From positions 69,378,001-69,442,000 of the forward strand of contig OZ076410.1 of the NCBI GenBank assembly GCA_964187785.1: a DNA stretch of 64,000 nucleotides. Direction: 5' to 3'. The DNA comes from Amphiscolops sp. MND2022 (lineage: Eukaryota). Positions within the stretch are counted from its first letter, which is position 1. Each line of letters starts with the position of its first letter. The notes under the pieces are model-generated. The model saw only the letters and a program-made list of their open reading frames with translations, was not told where the DNA came from and searched no databases. Shown one piece after another: positions 36,589-49,191 of the stretch. A program made the translations under genes and the position numbers.

Positions 36589-38386
36589 TGTCACCGGCTT
36601 ACCCGTGCGAGATGTCCGGAGTGCAACATCGATGAAGCAGTCAACGCTGCTTGCACATCATGATGGCTGTCTACACGAATATGGACAAGAACTTGATAAA
36701 CATTTCAAACTTTAAACTTAAACAATGCTTGTTATTGTTCATTTGATAAAATGTTGCTTTTAGTTGTACATTTCATCTAAAATGATGATTGTTGAACGTC
36801 GTTATTGTTGTTATTGTTTCACCCATAGGGTGCGTTGATCAATTGAAAAACAACTGGAGAGTTAACGCCAAAGTTATCAAAACAGTGCTAAATCTTTGTT
36901 TTGTCGTCTTAAATGATAGGAAGGAATCAAATTCAATGGTCCTATATATCTTTGCTACATTAAATCATTTGTAGTTCATTCTTGAGGAAAACAATCAAAA
37001 ACAGCATGATGATCCACTTAAAAACTAGCATAATGATTTCGTACGTTTATTTGATACTGATTATGCGGCATTATGCAGTTTTCATAAAACAGCATATGCG
37101 GTTTTGTTAAAGAAACAGCATAATGATCATGTACGCAGTGTAGTTTATACCTTGTATTGCATTATGCGGAAATTCAGTAGAAACAGCATGATGACTTGAG
37201 CTAAAAACAGCTTATGCGGAAATCTAGCAGAAACAGCATAATGGTTCAGATTGGAAACAGCATATGCGGAAACCCCGTGCAAACAGTATGACGTTTCATT
37301 ATAGGAATAGCATATGCGGAAATTTGACAGAAACAGTATGACGTTTTAACTTAAAAACAGTATAAAGACTCTTATTTCAGTTGTTAAAGTTATACTGAAT
37401 TATGAGGTTTTCATGAGACAGCATATACTGCATTCTGATGTAAAACAGCATAATTTGCAGGATTTTCAGTGTTACGATGTTGTAAGTCACAGTGCTATAT
37501 TTAGACCTTCCAGGAGTCTGACGCAAAATTATATTTTTAACATTTCACCCTAGAAACATGACGTTATGATGATTTGCATAAAATTGAAAGTCGTGTAACT
37601 AAAAATACCACCCAATAGAATCAGTTGGAGGAGGACCATCAAAAAATCATTCATCTAACCATCGTTCGAGAAATATCGCATATTCAGAGCAGTCACTCAT
37701 TTTCACAAACAACTCACAACCCACAAACTTCGCAGTTTCCTTCCTCTGTAAAAATAACTTCCACAGTTTCATTTTGCCAAAATATCTTTGTAATTCAAAG
37801 ATTTTCGCACCTAACATTGTTTTCATCATGGGAAACAAGAGAAATAGACGATCAAGGAGAGTAGAGTCCCAATCATTAGACAGAGACGAAAATACTTCAG
37901 GAACAAGCTTCACTCAAGGTAATGCGACTTTAGTTGGTGTTTCTGGAATTGTTAATAATGTTCTTGACAGGAACTTAGGCAGCGAACTAACAGAACCTTC
38001 TCAGATAAGCAATGAGATAGAAGTTATTTCGCAAAGACTAACAGAACAGAACAACGACAAAATGTCACAGATTGAGGAGCAACTAAATAACAAATTCGAA
38101 GAGATACTTAAGGAGATTAAAACAAACAAAAATCACATTGTAATAACTGATGAAGAGGTTGCCGAGAATAATCAGCCCGGTCCTTCTAACTATAGAAATA
38201 AGGGTCTAAGGAACAAACACGCATCAAGTACAACATCAGATAAAAATAAGAATCAGGATGACCGGTTATATCCGTCTGAAATGAGTGAATTAAGACAACC
38301 GTACACTCCTCTTGGGATTGCTGAAGACACTTTAGACGAAACCGTCATCATAAATGAAAACAGACAGGAAAGGGCCCAACATCACA
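36589..38386 (+). repeat. 5' LTR of element F (1798 bp)
   Basis: TGTCACCGGC...AACATCACA; 6 mismatches against the 3' LTR in the first ~140 nt. Confidence 0.95.
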
Positions 38387-39431
38387 TGGTGACAGGACCT
38401 ACCAAGAACATCCTGAGACAAAGTTCGACAAACTCCAACACCACAAATACACAAGGACCACACGCACAAACTCCTCTCGAGCATCCTGAACCAACAAATC
38501 CCGTCAGTCAAATTGCCATAGCAATCGAAAATCTCGCACGAAGAAATACGAACCATCCCTTTTTCACCCAAAGAACACACTTACTTTCAACGGGAAATTA
38601 GAGAAAAATGAAAAATTTGAGTATTCTGAAGATCTTTTCCACACAACACTCAAAATGCAACCACACCTCACGGAGGACATAAAAATCAACCATTTTCATG
38701 CCCATTTAAGAGGACTAGCATTGAAAACTTTTAAAAACATTCAAAGAACTTCGACAACAACACTTGAAGATATATTAGTAGTCTTCGGAAGGAAATATGT
38801 TAAGCCTGAATCCAGCGCCTCTGCAAAACACAGATTTAACCGGCTCATGTTCCAACCAGAAAATCAAAAGCTACCCGATTTTCTTGAAGACCTCCAAGAA
38901 AGAGCTGAGAAAGCATTCGGCGAAGGAGCACCACAGATGATTGAGAGCCTGATATATGCAAAAATGCCCCCTCATCTCAAAAAATCAATCAACCAGGCTT
39001 ACCTCGAAAACGGTACCTATGAACAAATAGTGAAACATCTAGAACGAGAGATGGAGCTCAATGGACTCGAAGCAGATGAACCTCTAGTGAAAACTCAAAT
39101 GACTGCAGTCAAACAACAAACCAACACACAAAACACTAAAACACCCCCACAAAACACAAAAACAAAAACAAAAACTCCAAACACAGTACCCAACAACACA
39201 CTTCAAGATAACCAATGCCGATATTGCAAGGATGAAGGCCACATAGTAAAAGAGTGCCCAAAACTTGCAGAACGACAGAAAATGGATCAAGACCCAGATG
39301 CACCAAGATGTTCCCATTGTAACACCCCTGGTCATGAAGAACCAAACTGTTACTTCGGAGCAAACATGGAAAATCGTCCACCTAAATGGACACTCACCGA
39401 AACCCAGAAAAAAACTAATCGAAGAATATAA
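37828..39431 (+). pseudogene. gag: gag of element F, starting inside the LTR; one frameshift near 38600
   Basis: ATG 37828 (MGNKRNRRSRR) reads through the LTR end and PBS; KLPDFLEDLQ...HLEREMELNGL; two CCHC knuckles (CRYCKDEGHIVKEC, CSHCNTPGHEEPNC). Confidence 0.9.
38387..38404 (+). promoter_or_regulatory. Primer-binding site of element F (TGGTGACAGGACCTACCA)
   Basis: TGG immediately after the LTR CA; 17/18 identical to the element E PBS. Confidence 0.85.
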
Positions 39432-39714
39432 AAAATCAAACAAACCAATCAACCCTCGAAATCTGAAACCTTCAACATCGAAGGATTTGAACTAATAAAG
39501 CCTTGAAACAACAACACCCCAAAAACAATGCTCAGCTGATGACTGGCAGCATCCGCCGAGCCCCAAACCTATAAAAATCACAACCTACAATCACAAATCG
39601 ACAAACAAAAGTGACTCTCCGACTGCAAACACTGAAACTACACCACCCGACCACCTTCAAGAGGATCTCTATGACTTACTCAAAGATGCCCCGGATAATT
39701 ATCTACTACGATCC

Positions 39715-42700
39715 ATGTTTGTGCCTGAAACTGGAACCGAAACACAAAATCAGCAACCCACAATCTCGCGACCTCAAGAAACACAAACTGGCCAATTAAA
39801 AGTACAATCCACATCGACAACCCAAACTGACGATGACACTACATCGGACTTAACCAACACTCTCTTCAGCGCGTCTCCTGGAAAACAACCTCTCCTTGAT
39901 GCCGACGTTTTTAATCACCTCACAACAGACGAAGGTAACAACTTCGCAAACTTAAACCTTTCCACAAACCTTACCCTCAAAAAGAAGCGTCATATGTACT
40001 ATTTCCCAATGGATTTCAAGAAATTAACTCTGGATGGACTCATTGATACTGGCGCCCTTACAAGCGCCATTTCCGAACAAGATCTCAACAAAATAAAACT
40101 CCTTTCAAACGAAGCCATAAAAGATACTGGTCCAGCACCCAATTTTCGAATCATGGTGGCAAATGGTCAACTTGAGCGACCCATCGGCACCGTCTTACTT
40201 CAATTTGAAGTAGCAGACTTCCAATTTCAAGAGAACTTCATTGTTATGAAGGTACTACCCAACCCATTAATCGGCCTGTGTTTTTTACAAAGACACCATG
40301 CCATGTTTGACATTCGTCAAGGGATTATTACTTTCCCTTACCTGTCGATGCAACTACGACCAGACCACACAACAAATACCCGAACAACAACATCCCTTCT
40401 AACAGAAACTTCATATACCCTACAACCTGGAGAAACCCTCGCAATCTCCAGCAAAATGCCACACCTGATAGATCACAATGCCACAGGTATTGTCACTCCA
40501 TCGTCACATATGGAAGATCACGAAAGTATTTTCATTACATCTTCCCTGTGTACGGTTAATAACGATGCAGTGGGCTACCAAGTGATCAATTTTTCGGATA
40601 CGCCTTACACCCTTCCTATAGATACACACATGGCAGACTTCCGAGTTCTTACGCCCGAACAGATTAAACACATCAAACCTGTTGATCCATCAACCCTCAC
40701 ATTCATGATGCATCAACACATGGAAAACACAGATCTTTACCTCAACCAATTGATGAAACAAATCAATCATCAGATGAACCAGAAACGTACTGGTTCCCAA
40801 CACCTCAGGAACCTGGGGGATCCAGATATATACACTCCAATACAACAACGCATATATGATGAACTACTAGAACTCAAACAGCTAGAACAATTAAACCCAA
40901 ACGACAACGACGAATGAGGAATGAAATTTTTCAGTCACTTCGACTGGACGGACACTACCCTAAGCCCGTTCGAAAAACAACACACAGAAGAAATTCTGGT
41001 ACAATATCACGACATCTTCGCAAGACGTCGTTTCGATATAGGTACCAATAGAGAATTCAAGGCCAAACTGACTCCGAATGATGACAGACCAGTCTACAGT
41101 CAAAGTCTTCCTACACCCATCACCCTCAAGGACGACATATCTGTTGAACTGGCCCTTCTTCATCGTTATGGAATCATCACGACCCTACCGTTTTCTAAAT
41201 AAGCAAGCCCTATTTTTGCCCAGAGGAAACCAAACGGACGCCTTCGACTTTTGGTCGATATCCGCAAAATCAACAACCTCATCACTCAGGACTACGTGAA
41301 CAACAATCACCCAGTTAGCACTCTGTCAGATGCAGCACAGCATATGGCCGGCAAGAAACCTTGTTGCAAACTTGATTGCTCTCAAGCATATCACTGCTTG
41401 CAAATGGCAGACTACCAGTCCATACAGATGCTAGACTTTAATTTCGCGAGCCGAACATTCGCATATCGCCGCCTTGCACAAGGACTCAGCCGATCTCTGT
41501 CTGCTTTCTCATCGTTCATGAGAGAATATTTGGATAAGGCAATCAAAGCTGATCAGTGCGCTCAATATGTCGATGACATCGGCATCGCTGCGAATGATTC
41601 TACCCAGCTTTGCATCAACATCAAAACATTCTTTGAATGCATACGCGAAGCAGGACTCAAACTTACGATGGCGAAATGTCATTTTGGAGTCAAACAAGTT
41701 GACTTCTTGGGTCGGACAATTACCCCAGAAGGAGTCTCTCCACAAACTGAAAAAAAAATCAAACAATTCCTCCAAAAACTCAAATTTCCGAAATCCAAAA
41801 AAGCACTTCAGAGATATATTGGGTTTCTCAACTACTACAGAAACTACATCCCTCGCTTATCAGAAAAACTAACACCCTTTTTCAAATTGCTTAAACAAAC
41901 ATCACAATTCTCCATCCCGGATACAATTCTCGAAGCGTTCAAAAGCCTCAACCAGCAACTGGAACAATCATGCAAACTTGCTCTCAAACAACCGATCAGA
42001 AACAAACAACTCATTCTAATGACCGACGCTAGCTTTACAGCGGCAGGATACGCCATCATGATTGAGGATGATCCTGACCAAAAGCTCCAATCTAGAAGGA
42101 AAACCTATGCTCCAATAGCCTTTGGTTCAAAAACTTTTAACCCAACCCAATTGAAAATGTCCATATACGCAAAAGAGTTCCTAGCACTCTACTTTGCGTT
42201 TTCTGAAATTGGACACTTAATCTGGGGCAGCGTTTTTCCTGTTATCGTCTTCACATATAACAGATATGTAACACGCTTTTTCCAAACCAAAATCATCCCT
42301 CCGGCTCTTTGGAATGCATGCGATTATGTCCTCCAATACAATTTTGTCATTGCACATGTTGCCGGGCCATGAATACGGCTGCAGACTTCCTATCCCGAGC
42401 TGAATCGAACACCACAGAAAAACTTGAAATGAACATCCGCAATGATGTCAATACAAAAGCAATTGAAGTTCACATACAGTCCACTGGGGTCGCCGAAGAG
42501 GAACTCCTATACATACTTCCTGGAGAATCCCCCACAGAACAACAATTGTGGGAAGAAAAAGAAGCAATTCGCCAATCAGCAAAAACTGAAACACACAGCG
42601 AACCGGAAAATGAAGTGTTCGAACTACAACCTTTCCACAAAACCACAGCGGGAACCATCAACTATAGGGAGGGTCACTTCAAAGACAAAGCAAAAATCCG

Positions 42701-44474
42701 CTTAGAACAAAACAATGATGAAGACCTTCGCCATTTGAGAGCCAAAATTGAAGGCGAACCCTACAACGAAACACAATTCACACAAGACTACCGATACAAT
42801 CATTACTTACAAAACATAATGAGGATTGAGATAAAGCAAGATGTCCTAACAAGAAGATACTACAACGACACTGGGATGATAACCCATTATCAAATTCTTT
42901 TACCCAAACAACTCCTGGATGAATTCTTTCATGCTCTTCATGGTCATAACGCAAACCACCCGGGAATAACCAAAATGATCCAAGAAGCACGACAAAAATA
43001 CCACTACCCGTGTATCGCCAAATATATCCGAAATTGGGTAACAAAATGTCAAATGTGCATCCAAAACAAACGGATCAACAATGACCTACTCAAAACGGAA
43101 CTACTAAACTGCCCTGAATGGGATTTAGGCCCAGAAGACATCCTACAAATCCTTCCCAATCTCCCACCAAGCGGAGGATATGACAATATCATCACTGCAA
43201 TAGACGTGTTCTCACGCTATTTGTTTGCCTATCCAGTCACGAGAATCACTGCTCCAGCAGTGGCAAAAATCATTATGGACATTTTGTGTAAACACACATA
43301 TCAACCCACAACAATCATTACCGACATGGGCACCCAATTTAATTCTCAGGTTACAAAAGAAGTAGCCGCAGTCCTGAACATAGAACTGAAACATGCAACG
43401 ACAAAACATGCCCAAACAATTGGACTCTTAGAACGTACTCATGCATCAGTCAAAGCGCACCTTAAGGCAGCCACTGGAGAATTCAGAAACAGTTGGCACA
43501 AGTTTTTACCATTAGCGGTCTTAAACCATAATACAACCAACCATGCAACACTAGGATGTGAACCTACACGGGTCTTCCGTGGAAGAATTCCACACAATAT
43601 ATTAGCTTTCAAACTTGGATACAACCCAAATCCTCGCTTCCAACCCCAAACTGAGGTAGCAGAGGAAGTACAAAGAAGGATTGCTTTACTTCATGATCAA
43701 ACGAAGAAAAATATCATGCAATCTTACCTCAAATATAAAGCATATTACGACAGGAAAGCAAAGGCATTACCTCTAACGACAGAGGATTATTGCTTTATCC
43801 TGAATCCAAAGGCCGACACACAAGCAACGAAGATACCCTTTCGTGATTTTCGTTGGGTTGGTCCCTATAAAGTTGAAAAAGTCCTACCGAACAATAAATA
43901 TATTGTTCGCAGATTGGGCACAAATAAAACCCAACTACTCCACCGCAGTAGACTACGAAAATACAACCCACAAGCTCCACTCGCAGATAATTTTGTCAGA
44001 GAAACTGACTGGCAGAAAGAGAATACACTTGTCTCTCAAGATGATATATATGCCCATGCTTGGGACAGCAATTTTGGCAGCAGTCCATTCGATCCTGACC
44101 ACGAAGAATGTGATCAACAAGAAGACACAGTGGAATATGAACCTACTTCTCAACCAAAAATATACCACCCTCCCGCCCTCGATAATTCAAAAAATAGTGG
44201 GGAGATCCCAGCAGGACAACCTGCTGCGAACGACAAAGAACCTCCAATAACCGAAAAAACTTCTTCAGAAAATGAAAATCATGAGCCCATTCCAGAAACT
44301 TCCAGAAATTCAGAAGATATTCAAGAAATCCCTACCCAAAATTCCCCAAAAACTCCCGAAATCAACCCAGAAAATGAAGCACAAGAAGTTGAGGAAACTG
44401 TTAACACAAGAGGCGTAAAATATAACCTACGCCCAAACCCCAACCCAAACTACTCAGACTCATACAGATATTAA
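39715..44474 (+). pseudogene. pol: pol of element F (PR, dUTPase-like segment, RT, RNase H, integrase with GPY/F motif)
   Basis: LIDTGAL; KLDCSQAYH...YVDDIGIAA; LMTDAS...KEFLA; H-H-C-C, TDMGTQF, GLLERTH, WVGPYKV. Stops at 40915 and ~41200; frameshift near 42370. Confidence 0.95.
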
Positions 44475-44706
44475 AAACAGACTAGAGACTCAAAGACTTC
44501 AACTATATACGACTGCTCTTTCAGCCTCTTAATTCTCAAATTTCTTTCCTTTCTTCAAACAAAACTAAAGCCGAAAGATGAGCAAACTATTCCAGGTATA
44601 AACATCCTGGGAGGAGAACAAATGATAAATACACAAACAACAAAATTGCACTAGATAACAAAGCAAAACTACAACAACAGTTGAAATGGAATGTTAAAAC
44701 AATTTG

Positions 44707-44722
44707 AGAGAGAGAGAGAGAT
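44707..44722. repeat. (GA)n microsatellite between the pol stop and the antisense gene end
   Basis: Read directly from sequence. Confidence 0.9.
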
Positions 44723-44980
44723 CTATTTGTCCCCAGAACTTGTTTTCTTGACCGCAAATTTTTTCGGTGAACTCGGCCTTACATCAGGCAGAAATTACAC
44801 ATCAGTAACAAATCGAGACATAGAGACAACAGGTCTGGCAAGATTAGGGGATTTATTGGTGTTCCTGGCTGCTGACGTTGATGGCCCTGGTCCTGTTTGG
44901 ATAGGAGTAGGAGTTGCAAATTTAGGAGGGGTCCGGACAACGTTTGAGCCAGATGATTTAGGACTAGTCTGCAGAGATAC

Positions 44981-47900
44981 TCATAATTTCTCCTCGTCTG
45001 TAACCGTACAAGTATAACGGGAATCCAACTGGTTAACAAGCCTTCGCCTACGTGACGAGCATGAGGAGGTGACATCCCAGACTGACAAATGTTCATCTTC
45101 AAATAAAACATGTTCTCTCCCAAGCAAGGAAAAGACCGAAGACACAGCCCTGGGGTTTGTAAATAATTCAGAAGCATTTGGAATCCCCACAAGAGATGAC
45201 TGAACACAGCGCACTGAGGAGTTAGAATCGTTGACATCTGAAGCAAGTTCTGGGACACTCAGAATGAAATTCGGTGGAGAAACAATAACACCAGATGAAC
45301 TAAGGCAACATAATTTGAATATAGTAAACAAATTCTCTCGGCAATGAAGTTCATACTAGTTGGCAAGAAAGATTGCAGATGAAATCCACTTCTGCCGAAT
45401 GAAGTAGTCACAGAGAATTTCTGACTCATGAGTGTAGTCGACTTCTTCGCCATATCGTAGTACTGCTTCGTCAAAGACAGAAAATCCTCTCACAAGCTTG
45501 GATTTGCATAGCTCATGTTTTAATAAAAGATCACAGAAGCTCTTGTGGAAGCATAGGACTTGTTCTGCGAAGTGTGTAGGAGTCGGTAAATTGCTCTCTG
45601 TTACCAAACTAGCGAAATCTTTATTCTGCAAAATCTCAGCCGTAGTCTTTAAAGGAAGATCAGGAGATGAAAGGTTGATAGACAGAAAACGGTCCCAATC
45701 GGAAACGTCGCCGAGGAAAGAATCAGGGAGAATGGTCTGTAGTTGGCTATAGACGAATGTAGCAAAAGAACTATAGACACGGAAATTGCTAGGTGATGAA
45801 ACTCCGGCTACACCTTTGAAAGCTGATTGATCTAAACATAAAGAATAATAAGCTTGGCACAAACACTGGAACAACCGTCAAAAGGAAGGGACTAACAATG
45901 AAGGAGGACAGTGCGAATCAGATACAATTTGGCAGAGAATGATTTGTCGTTATAGATTGTCTCGTCAAGACTCTTCGGCTGAAAAGAACATCAAGGAATA
46001 AGAGAAGAAAATAATAACCGACAAAACGCAAGACCGAGATATACATCTTTCATGTGATACTTGAACGCTTTGAGACGATCAGCCAATCGAAGGTGGGACA
46101 TAACTTTACTCCAGTTTTTGCAAAGTTGTTCAAGGATAGCAACGGACTCTTCGTGCGTGTATTTAAGGCTGGAAATGGCCTAAAACAACAATTCTTCAAA
46201 GATATTATGACAACGCATTTAAATGCAGAATGGAACCTGTAATTCCGACGCATTATGCGGTTTTCCGAAAACATAGGACGCAAACCAGTATACAGCATAG
46301 ACAATGCAGTTTATGCGGTTTTCAGAAGAAAACAGCATAAGAAGAAATCAGTATGCGGTTTTTAGGAGAAAACAGCATAAGAAGAAATCAGTATGCGGTT
46401 TTCAGGAGAAAACAGCATAAGAAGAAATCAGCATGCGGTTTTCAGGAGAAAACAGCATAAGAAGAAATCAGTATGCGGTTTTCAGGAGAATACAGCATAA
46501 GAAGAAATTAGTATGCGGTTGTCAGAAGAAAACAGCATGAGAAGAAATCAGTATGCAGTTATCAGAAGAAAACAGTATAAGAAGAAATCAGTATGCGGTT
46601 TTCAAAAGAAAACAGCATAAGAAGAAACCAGTATTCGGTTTTCAGAAGAAAACAGCATAAGAAGAAATCAGTATGCGGTTTTCAAAAGAAAACAGCATAA
46701 GAAGAAATCAGCATGCGGCTTTCACGAGAAAACAGCATGAAAAAAAAACAAACTATAACATCTATACCGTTTTCTGGAGAAAACGGCGTAGAAGGATGCA
46801 ATACAGGACTCAGAAGAAAACAGCATAAGAAGAAATCAGTACGCGGTTTTCAGGAGAAAACAGCATAAGAAGAAAATCAGCATGCAATTTTCAAATAAAA
46901 ACAGCAGAAGCAATAATTGTGTGATTTCAGAAGAGAACGGCATAAAAAAAGGTTATGCGGACTACGAAAAGAAACAATATGCCGTATATTGAAAGGAACT
47001 GCATGACAGAGTACAGATTATCCTGTTTGCTGTATGATGGAAATAGACAAAGTACAACAAAATTCTGACGCTCTTTATGCTACCTTATGCGGATTTCATA
47101 AAACAGCATAGAAACATAATATGCTATATTATGTAGTACCCCCTGTAACGGTACGTCAGACAAATCGAGTCGAAACCACTTATTACACAATTCTTGTATG
47201 GAAATTTAGAAATGAGACATTAAAAGAATAATGAGAATACTTACTTTACGTAGTTCAGGAAGATCATTGAGCCATACAGATCCGGAAGCAGTTTGCAATT
47301 CCATCAGCAGAAAATGTAAGACGCTGTGGTAGTCGTAGCGATCCAAAATATTAACTGTATGACCTGCAAGGGCCTTGTCCAAATCCTCAAAAGAGAAAGT
47401 AGGAACGATGCACACAGCTGGGGCCTGAACCAATTCTGTGACAAGGGATTTTGAAGTAGGACCATCGAAGCCCGAAAGAAAATGAAGTGGAGGTATTGCA
47501 GGGAAGACTGCGAGGAAAGAACAAACAACTTGGAGGATCCATTTGGGGGTGAAGAGAACGTTAGGGACCTCAGCCAGAAGAAGTTGGTTGAGTACGTTCC
47601 CAGACCACAAAATCAGAAACACTTGCACGTTGTCAAAAGTTGAATTGACTTTGAGAGAGAATTGGCCCGATTGCCCAATAGATGTAGTGGAATAGGACAA
47701 CAAAGTTCGGAACATGTGGACAAGGATACCCTGAAATGTAAGGGAAACATCTGAATTGAGGTACAACAAAATATTAAACATCAAAAGAATAAAACATACA
47801 AAAATGCGTATGCTTCTCCAATCGTACTGTGGAACCTTAGTCGGCCCACGAACTTCCAAACTAAGATTCGCCCAAAGTGAAGACATAATATCTGCGTTTC

Positions 47901-49191
47901 CTCCGTTTTGAAGACCAATGAGCAGAATCCGAACTTGGGAACAAATTACTGCACAAGGTTCCAGATCGTTCGTAGCAACTGGAAGTTTTCTTTGCCCAGG
48001 CAATAGATAACACTCCCCGAGGACAGGTGTGATAGGGCTGGCGAGCTCAGCTCTTTCACGTGCCTTGTCTAGCTCTTGCCCACTGAGTTCTACTTCATCG
48101 CGACCATAGAGCGGTAACCCAGGTATCTCCATTCGGACACGGTGTTCCCGGAGTAAGTGCGTATCTGTTCTGTAATGGGACAGTATCTCGAGCGACCCCT
48201 TGGTGTTAAGGGACAGCTCAATCTGGCAGACTCTACAACGCCACTTGTGTGGGTTGTTTTCAGCATCAATAGGAGCAGTAACGAAAAACTTGAAAATCGG
48301 ATGTTTTCTATACATACTTCCTGTTAATTGTAATCGCGGTCTGGGCCTTTTCGAGGCAGAATGATGTTCTCCTTGAGGATCCTGAAGTTGGCTGCCCTCT
48401 CTAATCTGAGTTGATTTTCGACCTCGACGGGCTTTGCGGGAAGTGAGTGAAGGAATTTCTTCAATGGTACTCACAGGAGAAGCAACGAGTGACGAGTCAA
48501 TATGTGTTCCGCTAGTCTAAGTTTGTAACACGGTTGCAGTTGTTCCCACAGGAGAAATGGCGAATTGCTCCACTAATCTGGAGCTAATGGCGGTTGAGAC
48601 TTCAGACACCAATACTTGCATACGTTGTTCCAGCGCTTGCAAGTCAGAACTTGTAGCAAAAGTAGGGGTAATTGACGGCTGAGAAGTGGTTCCTATGACA
48701 GGTCCTGAGGTAACATGGGCCGCACTCACTTCGGTATCAGGCAAAATATTCCGGTTCAGGAAACTAGAAAAAGACGAGTTGCATATCTTGTCGGAAGAAG
48801 ACCCAGTGACGTTGAGATCTCCTGACGTATTGTTTGCATCAGAATTCCTGGCTTGAACAGGACTTGTCCCGAGCAGATTCTCAGGCACGTTCATGTTTGG
48901 GGAAGTGGGCGCGCTAGGTTGCGCAAGAAAACTAATCGCAGTCTCAATCACGGGATTACTAAACCCCTCAGGGTCCATGCTTTTATCTATGGAGTGCCTT
49001 ATACCGTCAGCATCAACAGACGTACCTGGCACTTCCTGGTAACTAAGCTGGTGATCGGGAGTTGAATGGTGAGGTGGATCACCGAATGGGAGCAGTAAAG
49101 CCAGATTATCGGCGCAGATTGGAGTCTGAGCAAGTGAATCAGAACTATGGGCAGCTGAAACACAAGAGAAATCAAGAAATTCAGAAGACAA
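44981..49191 (-). pseudogene. Antisense multi-exon accessory gene of element F (Zn finger plus hAT-transposase-like body); best-preserved copy
   Basis: Acceptor at 49155; WRCRVCQIELSLNTKGSLEILSHYRTDTH; GT-AG introns 47799-47731, 47244-46180 and 46044-45979; spliced product aligns with D. Some stops/frameshifts in the 3' part; first exon not located. Confidence 0.8.
46311..46990. repeat. 40-bp tandem array of palindromic units within an intron
   Basis: Unit GAAAACAGCATA-AGAAGAAATCAG-TATGCGGTTTTC-AGGA; about 11 near-perfect copies to ~46740, then ~5 degenerate ones. Confidence 0.95.

Noticed and set aside
39084-44250. Short ORFs opposite gag/pol (e.g. 39084-39452, 41509-41775, 43953-44168)
   Set aside because: Shadow frames of the coding strand with biased composition and no motifs.
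46311-46990. CRISPR array
   Set aside because: Units are palindromic, but the intervening sequence is constant rather than unique spacers; no cas genes; eukaryotic retroelement context.
44981-49191. Independent DNA transposon or host gene nested in F
   Set aside because: No TIRs or TSD seen around it, and homologues lie at the same position and orientation in four diverged elements.
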